A DNA stretch of 64,000 nucleotides from Eledone cirrhosa (Eukaryota). A program made the position numbers and the translations under genes. The notes beneath the pieces were generated by a model. It had not been told where the DNA came from. It saw only the letters and a list, made by a program, of their open reading frames with translations, and ran no database searches. Positions 26,013 to 38,213 of the stretch are shown piece by piece; position 1 is the stretch's first letter, and the number at the start of each line of letters is the position of its first letter. The DNA lies in assembly GCA_964016885.1 (NCBI GenBank), contig OZ024741.1:24118001-24182000 (forward strand), written 5' to 3'.

Positions 26013-27530
26013 GACCTATGATTATCAAATACTTTTGAAAATAATATAGAATTTGGTATCTGAGAGCACAAGTAAGACTGGATAAGACACCATTTCAGCA
26101 CAGGGCTCACTCCCCAACTACCTCTGGTGGTTATTTTCATCTGAAATGAAGTACTTTGCTCCACAACACACCATCTTGTCTGGGAATCACATCTGTGATC
26201 TTATGATTGTTAGCCTTAGCAACTAGACTGAATTTGTTCACAATCATTTTACTGAAAGTCTAAAAAGAATAAAAGAGATATATTATAAGTGTTAATGTTA
26301 TCGGTGTATGTATCAACTACATTGTCCTATTGGTTAACCAGATAGCAGTTAGATTCAACTTTGTTCTGTAATTGTTGATAAATTAGTTAGGCGCTTCTGT
26401 TCACTAAGGGTAATTTACCCAATTTTCTCAACTCTTATCTATAGTGATCAACTGTTGTTACAATTATTTTCTGAGTTTGGGACACCCAGATTTTCAGCTA
26501 GTTGGTGCCTATTTGTCAGGAAAATTGCTTGGATTGCCAGAATTTAAATATAAGGTGGTGGATTGACAGAATCATTAGAACATCAGACAAAATACCCTTT
26601 GCTATTTAGTTGTGCTCATCATAAGGTGGGTTGCACTATATGTGCTATTTAGAAAGCCAAACAAGCCGCAGTTTGCCCATAACTGATCTAGAAGAACAGG
26701 AGGAATGTAATTCTAGATCAGTGATTCCCAACTTTTTCACCACCAATGACCCCTTTTATTTATATCAATTCTTCCATAGTCTCCCTGTTGTAATTATTCC
26801 CTTCCTAAATGTTTATATGGTGATCATAATCAAAAGGGAGAAATTTTTTATTATACTTAAAGAAGAACAGATGATACCCAATGGTGTATATATGTTTTTA
26901 ATATAGCATTTGAAACTTTGAAATTAGCTTACAGGCTCCCAGTGCTATCATTATGAACTCCGTATAGTAACTGTCGTTTTAGATCAGTCATGAGCAAACT
27001 GCAGCTTGTTTCGCTTTCTGAATGGTACACCTAATTTCAAAATTGCCTTGAAATTTTCAGTAGTGCAGCCCACCTTATGATGAGCCACATCCTATGCGTT
27101 CCATTGCTTGAAAAGGTATGCACATGCCTGTTCTAGATAATATAGCTTGGGTAAGATGTTCATTGTGGAGATTGAAATTTAAAATACGGTGGTTGTGCTG
27201 ATGCCACAACAAAAGAAAAAAGCAAGCTGTTCACCTTATAAGATGGTTGTTTTGGTGCCACAACAAAAAACACCCAGTCCAAGTACTCAGGCTTCATAAC
27301 CAAAGGAAGGCTACACTGGCAATGGATTGATGGAATCATAGACATATTCTGCATCTCTGGCATAATGTTATTGCAGGGGCCTCATACCTTACTGCAGATC
27401 ACCCATTTTATCTGTCTGGTTTGTTTTATTTAGTTTCTGTAACAATTTTTCAGTTTTAAAGAAAAATTCCTTAAAATTCTAACATGGTTGATGTAAAATG
27501 CTGATGAAATATTTTCCTTTTTTATTCCAG

Positions 27531-27620
27531 ACGGAACAACAGTTGGACTGCGCATTAGATTTGATGCGAAGACTGCCGCCACAACAAATCGAAGAAAATT
27601 TAAGTGCACTTATAGATATT
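27531..27620 (+). CDS. CAPZB: F-actin capping protein beta, coding exon (equivalent to vertebrate exon 2; 90 nt)
   Basis: TTTATTCCAG|ACG...ATT|GTAAGT. Encodes [30 protein letters not shown], compared with human [30 protein letters not shown]. Confidence 0.96.
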
Positions 27621-27689
27621 GTAAGTAGTAGATTTGTTTTTATTAATATAGAGGATTGGATAGTTTTGATGGCACATTTGACAGAATTC

Positions 27690-28060
27690 CATGCTGAAGA
27701 AGATAAGAATGAGGGCTGTACAGACCATGGTGCATGGTTGTAGGAATCGTTAATGAGTACACTGTTGAATTTAGTGTCCCAGTGGGAGTCCACAAAGAAT
27801 CACTCCTCAACCCTCTGCAGTTTATTATAGTTCTCCAGGCCATAACTCAGGTATTCTTATATGCTGATTTAGCCATATATGTCGAAACAAGAGAAGAACT
27901 AGAGAAGTTCCAGACCTGGAATAAAATGGCCTCAAGTTTTGGTCAGTAGGAAAAAGAATAAGACTGCTACCATCAAAGAAATGGTTGCACTCAATATGTA
28001 TGAAAGGAGTAGGTAAGAGTTCCATATAATGTACCCAGTGTAGACTGTGAACACAGATAT
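27690..28060 (+). mobile_element. Decayed RTE reverse transcriptase fragment
   Basis: VPVGVHKESLLNPLQFIIVLQAIT (compare GVHQGSVLSPLLF), LYADL (compare YADD), then KW..SICMKGVG..I*CTQC. Confidence 0.75.
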
Positions 28061-28207
28061 GTGAGATCTTTCAACTGTTTACCTTGCCATTTACATTATT
28101 GTGAGGAACTCTGGCACGCACAGTAGATGAGTTCACCTTGTTTTCTAAAACTGCAACATTCTGAACTCTTTGTCCACACTCTACTGATATTGAGTTAAAT
28201 ACAATAT

Positions 28208-29480
28208 TATCATCATCATCGTTTAACGTCCATCTTCCACGCTAGCATGGGTTGGACGGGATTGTCCTACTTGAGGCAAGATTGGTCGGGTGACTGTGTC
28301 TTGCTAGTATAGAACTGTATCTGGCAGGTTTTTTACGGCTGAATGCTCTTCCTAACACCAACCACATTTACAGTGTGGATTGAGAGCTTTTTTTTACCGT
28401 GTTTCTTACACAACCACTTTACAGCATGGACAGGGTGCTTTTTGTCATGACACTTACATGACCACTTTACAGTGTGGACTGGATGTTCTGTGGAACCAAC
28501 TTAACTTTACAGAGAAAGGGTGGTGTGGGTGGAAGTAGGAGGATGGAATAGGGGTAGTGAGGTGGAATGTATATTTGGTTGAGAGGTGCCTACTGACTGT
28601 AGGTTTAACTTTGTACGTAAGGGAAGGCGGGTCTTCTGTATTACTGCATAGCGCCAAAGTTCTCGATCCAGTGACATTGTCTTGGAGAGGTGTAAGTGTG
28701 CAAGGTCAGATTTTATGTCGTCCCAGGTTTTTCTGGGTCTACCTACTCCATAGCTTCCATCAGTTTTGATCGCCCTGCACTTTTTTATACAGCTGTCGTC
28801 TTTCATGCGCATCACATGACCATACCTCTCAAGTAAACAGCATCTGATCCCTCTTATTCCTAATTTCTCACTTAGTTCATTTGTTTTGCCATTTATGTAT
28901 ATTACTATTACACATCCAACGGAGCATACATGCTTTGTTCCTTTCCAATCTGTGCAGGTCCTCTGCACACAATGTCCAAGTCTCACTGCCATGTAACATT
29001 GTTGTTCGTATACATGCATCATACAATCTGCATTTCATTTTTAGAGAGCAACCTTTTGTGGCCAACAGCGGTATTAGCTCTCAGAACTTTTTCCGTCCTG
29101 TTCTAACTCTGGCTACTGTACTTTCAGAGCACCCTCCTCCACTGCTGATTTTGTCACCCAGGTAACAGAAAGTGTCTATTATTTCTATAGAACCATCTGG
29201 GCAGTTGAATGAGCTAATATCCAGTGGGCACTTGCTACTTACTGCACCTGAGCATCTGCCACATATAGAATCTACATTCTTAGATAGCTTGCCTGTGATC
29301 CCACTACATCTTTTATTATGTACCCATAGTTTGCATTTGGGACATAGAATGGAATTTCTACCTACTCCTTTCTTACACACTGAGCATGGCCATTTCCAAG
29401 AGGGCACCTGTGCTCTATTTTCCTTTCTACATACTAGAACTTTAGTCTTAGACAAGTTAACTTTAAGGCCTTTTGATTGA
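28208..29480 (-). mobile_element. 5'-truncated RTE LINE (ORF2 C-terminal part with Cys-rich insert, 3'UTR, (CAT)n tail)
   Basis: GLKVNLSKTKVL...WPCSVCKKGVGRNSILCPKCKLWVH..CSGI..CGRC...FCYLGD..RVRTG; RLYDACIRTTMLHGSETW; YGHVMRM..GRPRKTW. Contains stops and frameshifts. Confidence 0.9.
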
Positions 29481-29494
29481 TTAGAATTATTTAA

Positions 29495-30645
29495 CACACT
29501 GCCTTGATTTTCTTGGGAGATAAATATAACTTTGACGAGTAGAATAAACTATAGTTTGGTAGTTTTGCAATTTTGGTTCAAAAGTTATGAATGTGTTTTG
29601 ATTTTGAGAGAAAATAAAAGAAACCAAGGTCATAAGTAGTATATTTTATCATTTATTGAAGTTATCTTCATGACTACTGCCTGAAGTATCACTTCACCAC
29701 CACTGACTTCATCTTCAGACTCTTCAGCATCTTCAATGGCTCTAATATGCTTGTAAAGCTTGTTTAGATGAGAATTAGCCTTGTTAATGCATCCTTGGAC
29801 TGTTTTGCTCTCCAGATTCTGAAATGATGCATACAGTCATGTCAGCACTTGCTCGAAGGTGGTGTTTATGGTGTACTGTCTTCCCACTTCTCGCTTGACA
29901 ATGGCCCATACAAGCTTGATCGGCTGCAAATTGGAATGATGCGGTGGAGAAAAGATGACCTCTTTCTCTTGCCGTGGAACAAACAACTGGAAAGACGTGT
30001 AGTTTGCTGTACTCCCTCAGCTTTTCCTATAGCACACACTTCAGATCTCCTGCTTCAAATAGAATCTCTCATTCTCGACATGCCATCTGCACTTGAGCCT
30101 TCTCCACGATCCTTTTGGTGTCATATTCTGCTCTGAAATTTCTCGTTTCAACAAATTTAGTTCAGATTTCGCTACAGAGCTTATTATTACGACCAAAGAC
30201 AGTCACTGTACGGTTCGTGGCATCTGCATTCTTCTTCATTCACCTTGGTCTCTTATTACTGTGTAGCATGACATGTTCATGACAAAATTTGCCTTGTACA
30301 GAGAGAATATCCAGCTTCTCTTCCTTGGTAAGACTCCTAGGTTGATTTCTAGTTTTTCACAAAACTCACCACAGATTCGAGAAATGGTTCATCCACAACC
30401 TTATGCCTCTTCTTGTGAGTATAAGAAACATTTCCCTGTCTTTTGTTTCTTCTCGGCTCCAAAATACGATCTTCAACTTGATCCTTTTTTTTTTTTATTT
30501 CTTTCCATTACTTTTGTTCTGGAGGGGAGAGAAAAATAATTAATGGTACAAAAGAAAGATCTCAACGAGCTCTATCCAACGATATAATGGGTTTAAAATA
30601 GCAGTAAAAACACAAAATAGGTGTCAATGGTGTTGCGGACTGTGA
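29495..30645 (-). mobile_element. IS630/Tc1/mariner-type transposase remnant, internally deleted
   Basis: Minus strand reads QPRSLTKEEKLDIL...; KAQVQMAC..DLKCVL*EKL..VFPVV; EVIFSPPHHSNLQPIKLVWAIVKREVGRQYT (DDE_3 'SPxxPxLNPIExxW' motif). Boundaries are approximate. Confidence 0.75.
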
Positions 30646-31832
30646 ATTCATAGTTAATATGATTGTATTCTATTGAACTTCTAATACCCAACTATGAACA
30701 ATGTGTATTGGAATAATGAATTTATTAATACATGTATACAACTATAGTGTATGTGCAGGCAGTCATAGTCAGCCTTTGTGATATGTATATCTTCATTTAA
30801 CATGTTTTCTCTGTTAGTCTATAACAATCTGTCAAACCCATGCTAAGTTAATACTTAATTGGGGCTACTGGGTGTCTGCATCTTATTTACATACATTCTT
30901 GCACTTTGCAAACTGTACTGAGTGCATTTTATCGTGGCACCAGCTCTAGGAAGGTTATTATGTCTTTGACATAGCTGAAGAATCCTCTTGATTCTTTGTT
31001 TAGCAAATTTCCAAGCACTTTATAACCATAGCATAGAAAGCAGTTACAGAATGATGTCATCATCATCACCGTTTAATGTCCTTTTTTCCAAGTCTTGCTC
31101 ATACAGAACTGATTCTGGCTTGATTTCTATGGCTGGATACTCTTTCTAATGCTAATGTTTACAGTGTGGGCTGGGTGCTTTTTGTTTTGACACCTACATG
31201 ACCACTTTAGAGTGTGGGCTATGTGCTTATGTCATGGCTCCAAAGATAGGGTTAATTGATTGTACCAGACTGGATTTGAAATAGAATGTTCATTTCTAAA
31301 CTAAGTAATAGCCGTTTTATAATATAGTCTGACTGTCTCAAGCCTACAGGCTCGTGCTTATCCTGGGTTCATTGGTATTAAGTGACTGAGAGAACAAGAC
31401 AGCAGTCTATTGTAGGGTTAACTCCTAGCTTCTGCTGGTACTAACTTTTTTTTTTAGCTAAATGGTCTGAAGCAACATGAAAGGAAATGTCTTGGGGCTT
31501 AATGTGCTGCCCAATCTGGGAATTAAACTCAAGTTCTTGAGTCCAATACCCTGTCCACTAGGTTGTGTACCGTCATCTTAATAATTTTATCTGAGGCATT
31601 TAGACAGTTTTCAACCACATTGACTTTACATGTCAGAGATCTGTAAAGGCCTTAGTTACTGCCCCTATATCTAGGACTAAGTAATTAAAAAAAAAAGTTC
31701 TGTTAGAACTATTTTTATTTTCTAAATTCTTTGGGTTTCTTTATATTTAACCCATTTATTACTTTATTTCTAAGGTAAGACTCTGCTTATATGTTTAAGA
31801 CAGATTTGAAAATAATAATTTGAAGGGATTTA

Positions 31833-32030
31833 GTAATATAATTGTTTCTACTTTAGGTACAAGGCCAGCAATTACCCAGTGCATTACTGGTACTTTATTC
31901 TATCGACCCCGTAAGGATGAAAGGCAAAGTCAACCTCGGCGGGATTTGAACTCAGATCGTAAAGGGACGTAACTATGCTGGAAAGCATGGCGTCCGACCC
32001 TCTACCGATACTGCCAATCCAATAATAATC
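31833..32030 (-). mobile_element. Near full-length tRNA-related SINE with TSD
   Basis: Reverse complement of the 22838-23015 family. Flanked by AATAATTTGAAGGGATTTA at 31814-31832 and 32031-32049. Confidence 0.88.
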
Positions 32031-32194
32031 AATAATTTGAAGGGATTTATAAATATAATAATCACTGGTGTTTGGATGTAACTTAAGGTTCTTACATAAA
32101 ACTATAATGGAAGGGTTTTAGATCAGTGTGTACTTTAAAACAAAGGCAGTTTGGTATGACAAGTATTATTTTTTGTTTTTCATTATCAATTTAA

Positions 32195-32366
32195 CCCTTT
32201 AGCATTTAATCCAGCTGTATCCAGCCAGAATTCTCTCGCCTCTTTAACCGGCCACTCATACCTATGTTAAGGTATTGTTCTCAAATTAATATCAAAATCT
32301 CATAGATTCAATATCATTTCTGTGAAAATATGATAGTAAATATAGAATAGTGTAAATACTAAAGGA
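32195..32366. mobile_element. TTAA-flanked MITE (piggyBac-like)
   Basis: TTAA|CCCTTTAGCATTTA ... TAAATACTAAAGGA|TTAA. The same left end recurs at ~25370. Confidence 0.7.
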
Positions 32367-32421
32367 TTAACAGCTGATTATGGTGAATGTATATAATTTA
32401 CAGCTTTTGTTTCCACCATAG

Positions 32422-32543
32422 GCACCTCCTTTATGTGAAGATTTACTTTCTTCTGTTGACCAACCATTAAAAGTAGCCATTGACAAGCTTACAGGACGTG
32501 ATTATCTGCTGTGTGACTACAATAGAGATGGCGATTCTTACAG
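32422..32543 (+). CDS. CAPZB: F-actin capping protein beta, coding exon (equivalent to vertebrate exon 3; 122 nt)
   Basis: CCACCATAG|GCA...TAC AG|GTAAAT. Encodes [40 protein letters not shown](R), in frame with the previous exon. Missed by the ORF track. Confidence 0.96.
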
Positions 32544-32839
32544 GTAAATTTGTTTGTTTTACCAGATTTCAACAATTTTTATTCAGAGCTAAATTTAATT
32601 TTGATAGGGCAGAATGACCTAGTGTTTTGGGGGTGGGTGGGAGTGGGCTTCTATTTTTGTATTTAGCTATTTTGAAAACAAATGTAAATGAATATATTTA
32701 TAAAATTATGAAACTTAAATTAATGAAATGGATCAATAATCTATTATGTTATGAATCTTCAAATAAATTAAAACATATATAATTAAATATAACATACAAG
32801 CATTACAAAAGCAGGGGGGTAGTCTTGTAAGTGTCATGG

Positions 32840-33330
32840 TAGGTTTCATACTTACCATTGATTCTTTTTCAGACCATAGTTTTGGTCTCTCCAAATATCT
32901 CAATACAATCATATATTAATCTGTAATGTTATGTGCAATGAAGTTACAGAAAAATATTTTTCTTTTTTCTCACAAATGATTCATTTAATTAAAACTTGTT
33001 GACCTATAATATCTATCAGCTCTTCAGATATAATGGAAATGAAACAATTGGTATGTCCTGCCCCCTTTTGTAATGTGCTGTTTTAAGAACTTATTATATT
33101 TAGTAATAAGTTCCAGGAGCCCAAAGTAGTTGATGTTAAGAAGTGAATCAACTTTGTGGTTACCAGCTCTGAAAGTCAAACCACATTCTGACAATACTTT
33201 GATCACACTAACAAGTCTGTGTAACAGCTTTTTTCAATATGTAGTCAGTTCATTAAATTCTCTTTGCATAACTGAATCAACACATCTATGAGTATCAGTT
33301 TCATGAATAAAAATTCTTATAACATATACA
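32840..33330 (-). mobile_element. hAT transposase remnant (DUF4371/ZMYM1-like region)
   Basis: IKVLSECGLTFRA...NYFGLLELITKYNKFLKQHI matches the hAT motif LAxxGLAFRG...NFLGLLELIAxxDxFLxxH. Boundaries are approximate. Confidence 0.65.
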
Positions 33331-34344
33331 TGGCCTTATGACTGGCCAGAGTAATTTGATACCAACTCACCTAAACTTGCACTTTGTATAAGTGTTCATA
33401 TTTATCTAAATATCTTCTGTCATTATTTTATGTCAGACTCGCTGATGTTTTTCAAACATCTGTTTATTAATGAGAAAATGTATTATATTACTCTTTCTAA
33501 ATTCCTAATTATTTTCAAAATTACTTGGAAATTATGGGCAGTAGTTTTTGTTAGAAATATAACAAAATTCTTCCTGAGCATTTGTAGCACTGTCTTACCT
33601 GTGTGGAGTCTAGTCTATTGTACGCAGCATACATTTACTTGCTTTTGCTCTAACATCTCTACAATCCCATCTGATCTCCCTTCTATTGTGCCATCATTAG
33701 TAGTGGCAACTCTAAAGTTTAGGAAATCGCTGGAAGAGGGGAAAGTTTTGGAAGGTGAGTGGATTGGTATTGGCTTTCAGTGGTTCATGTACATGGTGAA
33801 ATATTTCAGCCTTTTCTAAATTGGTCTGCCATATATTCCTCATCCTTAGCAAACTATTATCATCAATAATTATGATTAATGTGCCTGTTAGTTTGATGTT
33901 AATACTGTTTGATTGGTCTGTCCATCATTATTGGTAGTAAAATTAGTGCAGGTAGGTGTTATTTGGAGACACTGGAAGAACATGGGATCTTAATGCTAGA
34001 CCAACGTAACATCCAGCCATAGAAAACTTACCAAACATAGGGTCAAGAGGACTCATCAGTTGTGTCCACGACAAAACCTCTCTAGCATTGGTGCTACAAT
34101 AAAATGCACCCAATACACTCTGTATAGTGCTGGAAAGTATGGAAATGAGATTTGGGCTGTTGGTCCATTTGAAGGATCAGTGGATCTAGTTATGCACACA
34201 CACACACACATGCACTCCAACTTATGCCAGCATGGAAAAATGGATGTTAAACAATGATTATATATATATATATATATATAAGGTAGTTGTGCTGGGGATA
34301 CAATGAAAAAATACCTGGTCCAACCTATCAGTTGATCATTTTTG

Positions 34345-34525
34345 CTGCCACGATAAAAAGCACCCCATCCACACTGTAATATGGTGCTAGGTATGGCACC
34401 CAGCTATAGAAATAAAGTCAGTAAGAGTTCTCTATGAGCAAGACACTGTCACCTGATTTGACTTTTCTCACAGCTCATCTAACTCATGCTAATTTGGAAA
34501 ATAGATGTTAAACAATGATGATGAT
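34345..34525 (+). mobile_element. Degenerate RTE-type 3' end fragment
   Basis: CACACTGTAA..CCAGCTATAGAAA..CATGCTAATTTGGAAAATAGATGTTAAACAATGATGATGAT. Confidence 0.65.
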
Positions 34526-34555
34526 ATAAATATGCTTGTTTTGTGTTAATTATAG

Positions 34556-34669
34556 GTCACCCTGGAGCAATGTGTATGACCCACCATTGGATGATGGTAC
34601 TTTACCATCAGATCGATTGAGAAAGCTAGAAATAAAAGCTAATGCTGCGTTTGATCAATATAGAGAAAT
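34556..34669 (+). CDS. CAPZB: F-actin capping protein beta, coding exon (equivalent to vertebrate exon 4; 114 nt)
   Basis: TAATTATAG|G TCA...GAA AT|GTAAGT. Encodes (R)[37 protein letters not shown], and the phase matches the previous exon. Missed by the ORF track. Confidence 0.96.
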
Positions 34670-35844
34670 GTAAGTTACTTACTTCATTTGGTTGCTTTAA
34701 ATAAAGAAGAAAAAATGTGTAATACACAACATACCAGTGTTATGCTAATTTGTAATGACAAGTTTTATGTGAAATATCCATATTTATTTTCCAATGTTTG
34801 AAAAAATGCAATGGCTGACTAATTTGCTGTTGGAATTGTATAAAATGTTCCTTTCTATAGTTGTAGGCTGCATTCACAAATCTTGGTTGCACCCTCCATG
34901 CACAGAATAAATTTCAACCCTTTAATAAATGTGTGCCATCATAGCAAACAAGGACTCTGTGCCCAGGGACAAAGATACTTTTTCGGCCCTGACGTTAATT
35001 AGTGATATGATAGACCAGAGGAAATTTTATACCCCATTGTACTTGCATCTGGGTTTGACTAACCCTCCTGACATTACCTTGTTACACAACTGTTTGGAAT
35101 TGAATATATATGTATCTGGGTATACTTGACTTTTGAGATTCTCACAATCACTTGATATCAATTTGGGTGGGGGTCGGGTGTTGAGACCCAAGAGTTCCTG
35201 TGTAAAATGTTTGACAGCCCTCTAAATCTATGAATTGTTTCATTTCATGCATTAAATTGTTTTACAACTATGACATACATTTCTGAAATCCAAATATTCT
35301 CATCTGCTAATTCAATTGTCAATATTAATTATCTTTGATAATATATATCAGAAGAAATACTTAGATTTCTCCTTTACTTGTTCCTTCTTTCCTTCCTTTA
35401 ACTCTTAACATCCTGTAATGATTTAGCAGAAAATATCTAAAAACGGGTTTGTTAATTCAAATAGTTGTATATTTATTTGTGGACTGATCATTGTGAAAGA
35501 TTGCAAGAAACTAAAGACTTTAATATTTAATGTGACGTGTCCATTGTGCTGTTTGTACATTCAAGAAAGTCTTACTGATGCAGTTTCATGCAGTACAACA
35601 AGATTAAGAATTAATATTTATCTTTCTATCATATTGTTTTACTGCTCCTGTTTTATTTTTATTCTGTAATTACTTAACAACCACACATACACATTATTTT
35701 TAGCACAAATTGCTACATTACATTAAAAAAGCAATGTCTGTCCTACAATACTGATAATTTTTATAATGATTTATTCACTAGTAAAGATACCATAAGCATT
35801 TAAATAAACAAACCTGTTTTTAGATATTTTCTGATGTAGGATAA

Positions 35845-36128
35845 TAATGAAATTATTGTGTAAAGTGCTCAGGTGCACAACTCGTCAAAGGTGCATGTAT
35901 AGTACATAGAATAATACACAAATGTCAGGGAAGTAAATAGTGTATGAGTCATGATATACACGTGTGTATGTGTATGGAGGGGGAACATTAGGTGTAGTGT
36001 TGGCGAATCTCGGGAAGCATGGAGGCCTTAAAGGATGCAGTGTCTCGACAGCTAACAACCGATGCAGGTAGTTTGTTCCATGCTTCAGCAACTCTGAGCG
36101 TGAAAAAATGTTTCCAAAAGTCATGGGA
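35845..36128 (-). mobile_element. CR1-group LINE 3' end
   Basis: Minus strand SHDFWKHFFTLRVAEAWNKLPASVVSCRDTASFK...HYT*, then a 3'UTR ending ACACAATAATTTCATTATTAT. A remnant of the same tail lies at ~23643-23695 on +. Confidence 0.85.
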
Positions 36129-38213
36129 ATTGTATATAAAGCTCTATCAATTTAAAATGGGTTGAATGTCAGTTAACCAGATGTGGTTACTGGGCTTATA
36201 ACAACACTGAGTCAAATTATTTAAACAGTAAATTACTATTTATAGTTGATGCTTTAAAGAATAATTGTCAGTTTTTCAACTGAAGTTTGAATCTGTAGAT
36301 AAGTGACCTAAAACAATGTATTTTGATCTCCTTTTTCTCTCAGTAAAATAGGTTACTTAAAAAAAGCTAAATATGAGGTCCTTTATTGAAGCAGTGTTTT
36401 ATGTCCAGATGCTCTTCCTAGTGCCAACCCTTTTAGTTGCCTCTTATAACATGCAGAGATATGTTTTAAGAATGAAACAGAGTGGAGGGGTGATGTAAAT
36501 TGTGGAAGGAAGGAGAAGGTCAAGAAAAAAATTGGCTAAATATAATGGAGGTATTTGATGAAGTGGGGATGTAGATGATTGCGCAAAATTGGTTGTGCTT
36601 GTCATTTGGTCCACAATATTAGCCCCTTTTTTAGCAGGGAAAATAATCTTAAAACACTGGTCATAAGTAGCAATAAAGGAATTAAATAAAAATATAATCT
36701 ACAGCAACTAAAGTGTGTATTATGTTTATAACATTTTGGTTTTGTTATTTAATATTTCAAACCCAGAGCAAGGTTTGTTAAATGGGCTGCCTCTTTTATT
36801 ACCTTTTTGTATTTCATATTTATCTGTTTAGATAATTGTGGCTTTTAAAAATGAACATTGTTCAGTTTTCAGTTGATTTAGTTAAAACCTGTTGAACTTT
36901 AACCATTATCTTAGGCCATTTACTCCTCCATCATTCAACTGTCCTCTGAACAGCTTTCACCTACAGTTTCATACAGAACACTTGGCTATGATAGAAGATA
37001 GTGACCCAAGGTGCTGCATGTTATGATTGAACCTCGATTGCTGTGATTAAGAAGCAAACTTCTTTTCTTAATCACAGCATCTCTGAAAACATTATTCAGT
37101 AGGTTCTTTTAAATCAGTAAATATGGCTGTGTGCTTATAAAGTTCTCTTTATAGTCATGTGGTCTTGTGTTATATCCTACTTTGTGGCACTTTGGGCTTC
37201 TACTATAGCTTGATGGAAGCTTTAAGAAAGTGTCTTGTGTGTGTACATGCATGTGTGTATCTGCATATTTGTCTCTCTATTCATAAACAGATCCTGTTGC
37301 TCAGTAATTAGGTTTACTTAAAAAGAGAGATATCTGGAGGTAGAATTCTATCTTCAAAAGTTTTATTCAACTCATACCAACTTGGAAAATCATATCGTCA
37401 TCACTGTTTAACATCCATTTTCCATGCTAGCATGGGTTAGACAAACTGTCCCATTGTGAGACATGTAATGTTGGATGACTGTATTTTACTCATAATTGAT
37501 GTAAAACTGATAATGATGTAATTTAAATGCTATTTCTAGTGGGTTGAGTGTTGGGTTGGTGCTTTTCTGATAGTGGATGACAAATTCTTATATTTGAAGA
37601 ATTTTCTTTTAAGCTTTGCTTATCAATACTACTAGACTCATAGATTAAATTTCCTGTTTGGTTGACATTTCAATAATTCCCTTTGGAATAAATGGTTCAA
37701 GACAGCAGTTCATTGTAGTTTTAGATAGATTAGTTTCTAATAACTGTGTAAATGTCTTCAAGTATGTTGATCTAATTCCTCATGTTCCTGATAAGTTTTT
37801 AAATTTTTATGATTAATCTCAAGTATTTTGATACCAAACAACCTGAAACTGCCCCCCTGTTCTCTGATGCAATACTGTTTGTTTTAAAATGTTTGTATTT
37901 CTCTAAAAAACACTCCATAATTTTATTTTTATGACTGTATGAATTAGGTGTGGTCCCCCTGACCAGTCTAGTCTCAGAATTTGATAGTCTGTCTGGTCTT
38001 GGCAGGTATGGAAAATAGATCCCATTAGATGATAGTACTGGTGCCATGTCACAAAGCACCCAGTCCACCTTGTAAGATGGTAGTGCTGGTGCCTTGACAA
38101 AAAACACCCAGTCCACCCTGTAAAATCACAATGAAAAGCTCCCAGTACACACTGTAATGTGGTTGGTATCCCGCTGAAAACCAAGCCAAAAAAGGTGTTC
38201 ACCTTAAATAATG

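Noticed and set aside
12792-27530. CAPZB start exon (ATG|GT)
   Set aside because: The ATGGT occurrences I checked lack a strong donor consensus or lie in repeats, so the exon cannot be placed.
29495-30645. Terminal inverted repeats for the IS630/Tc1 relic
   Set aside because: Only about 4 bp (CACA/TGTG) match between the candidate ends, which is insufficient.
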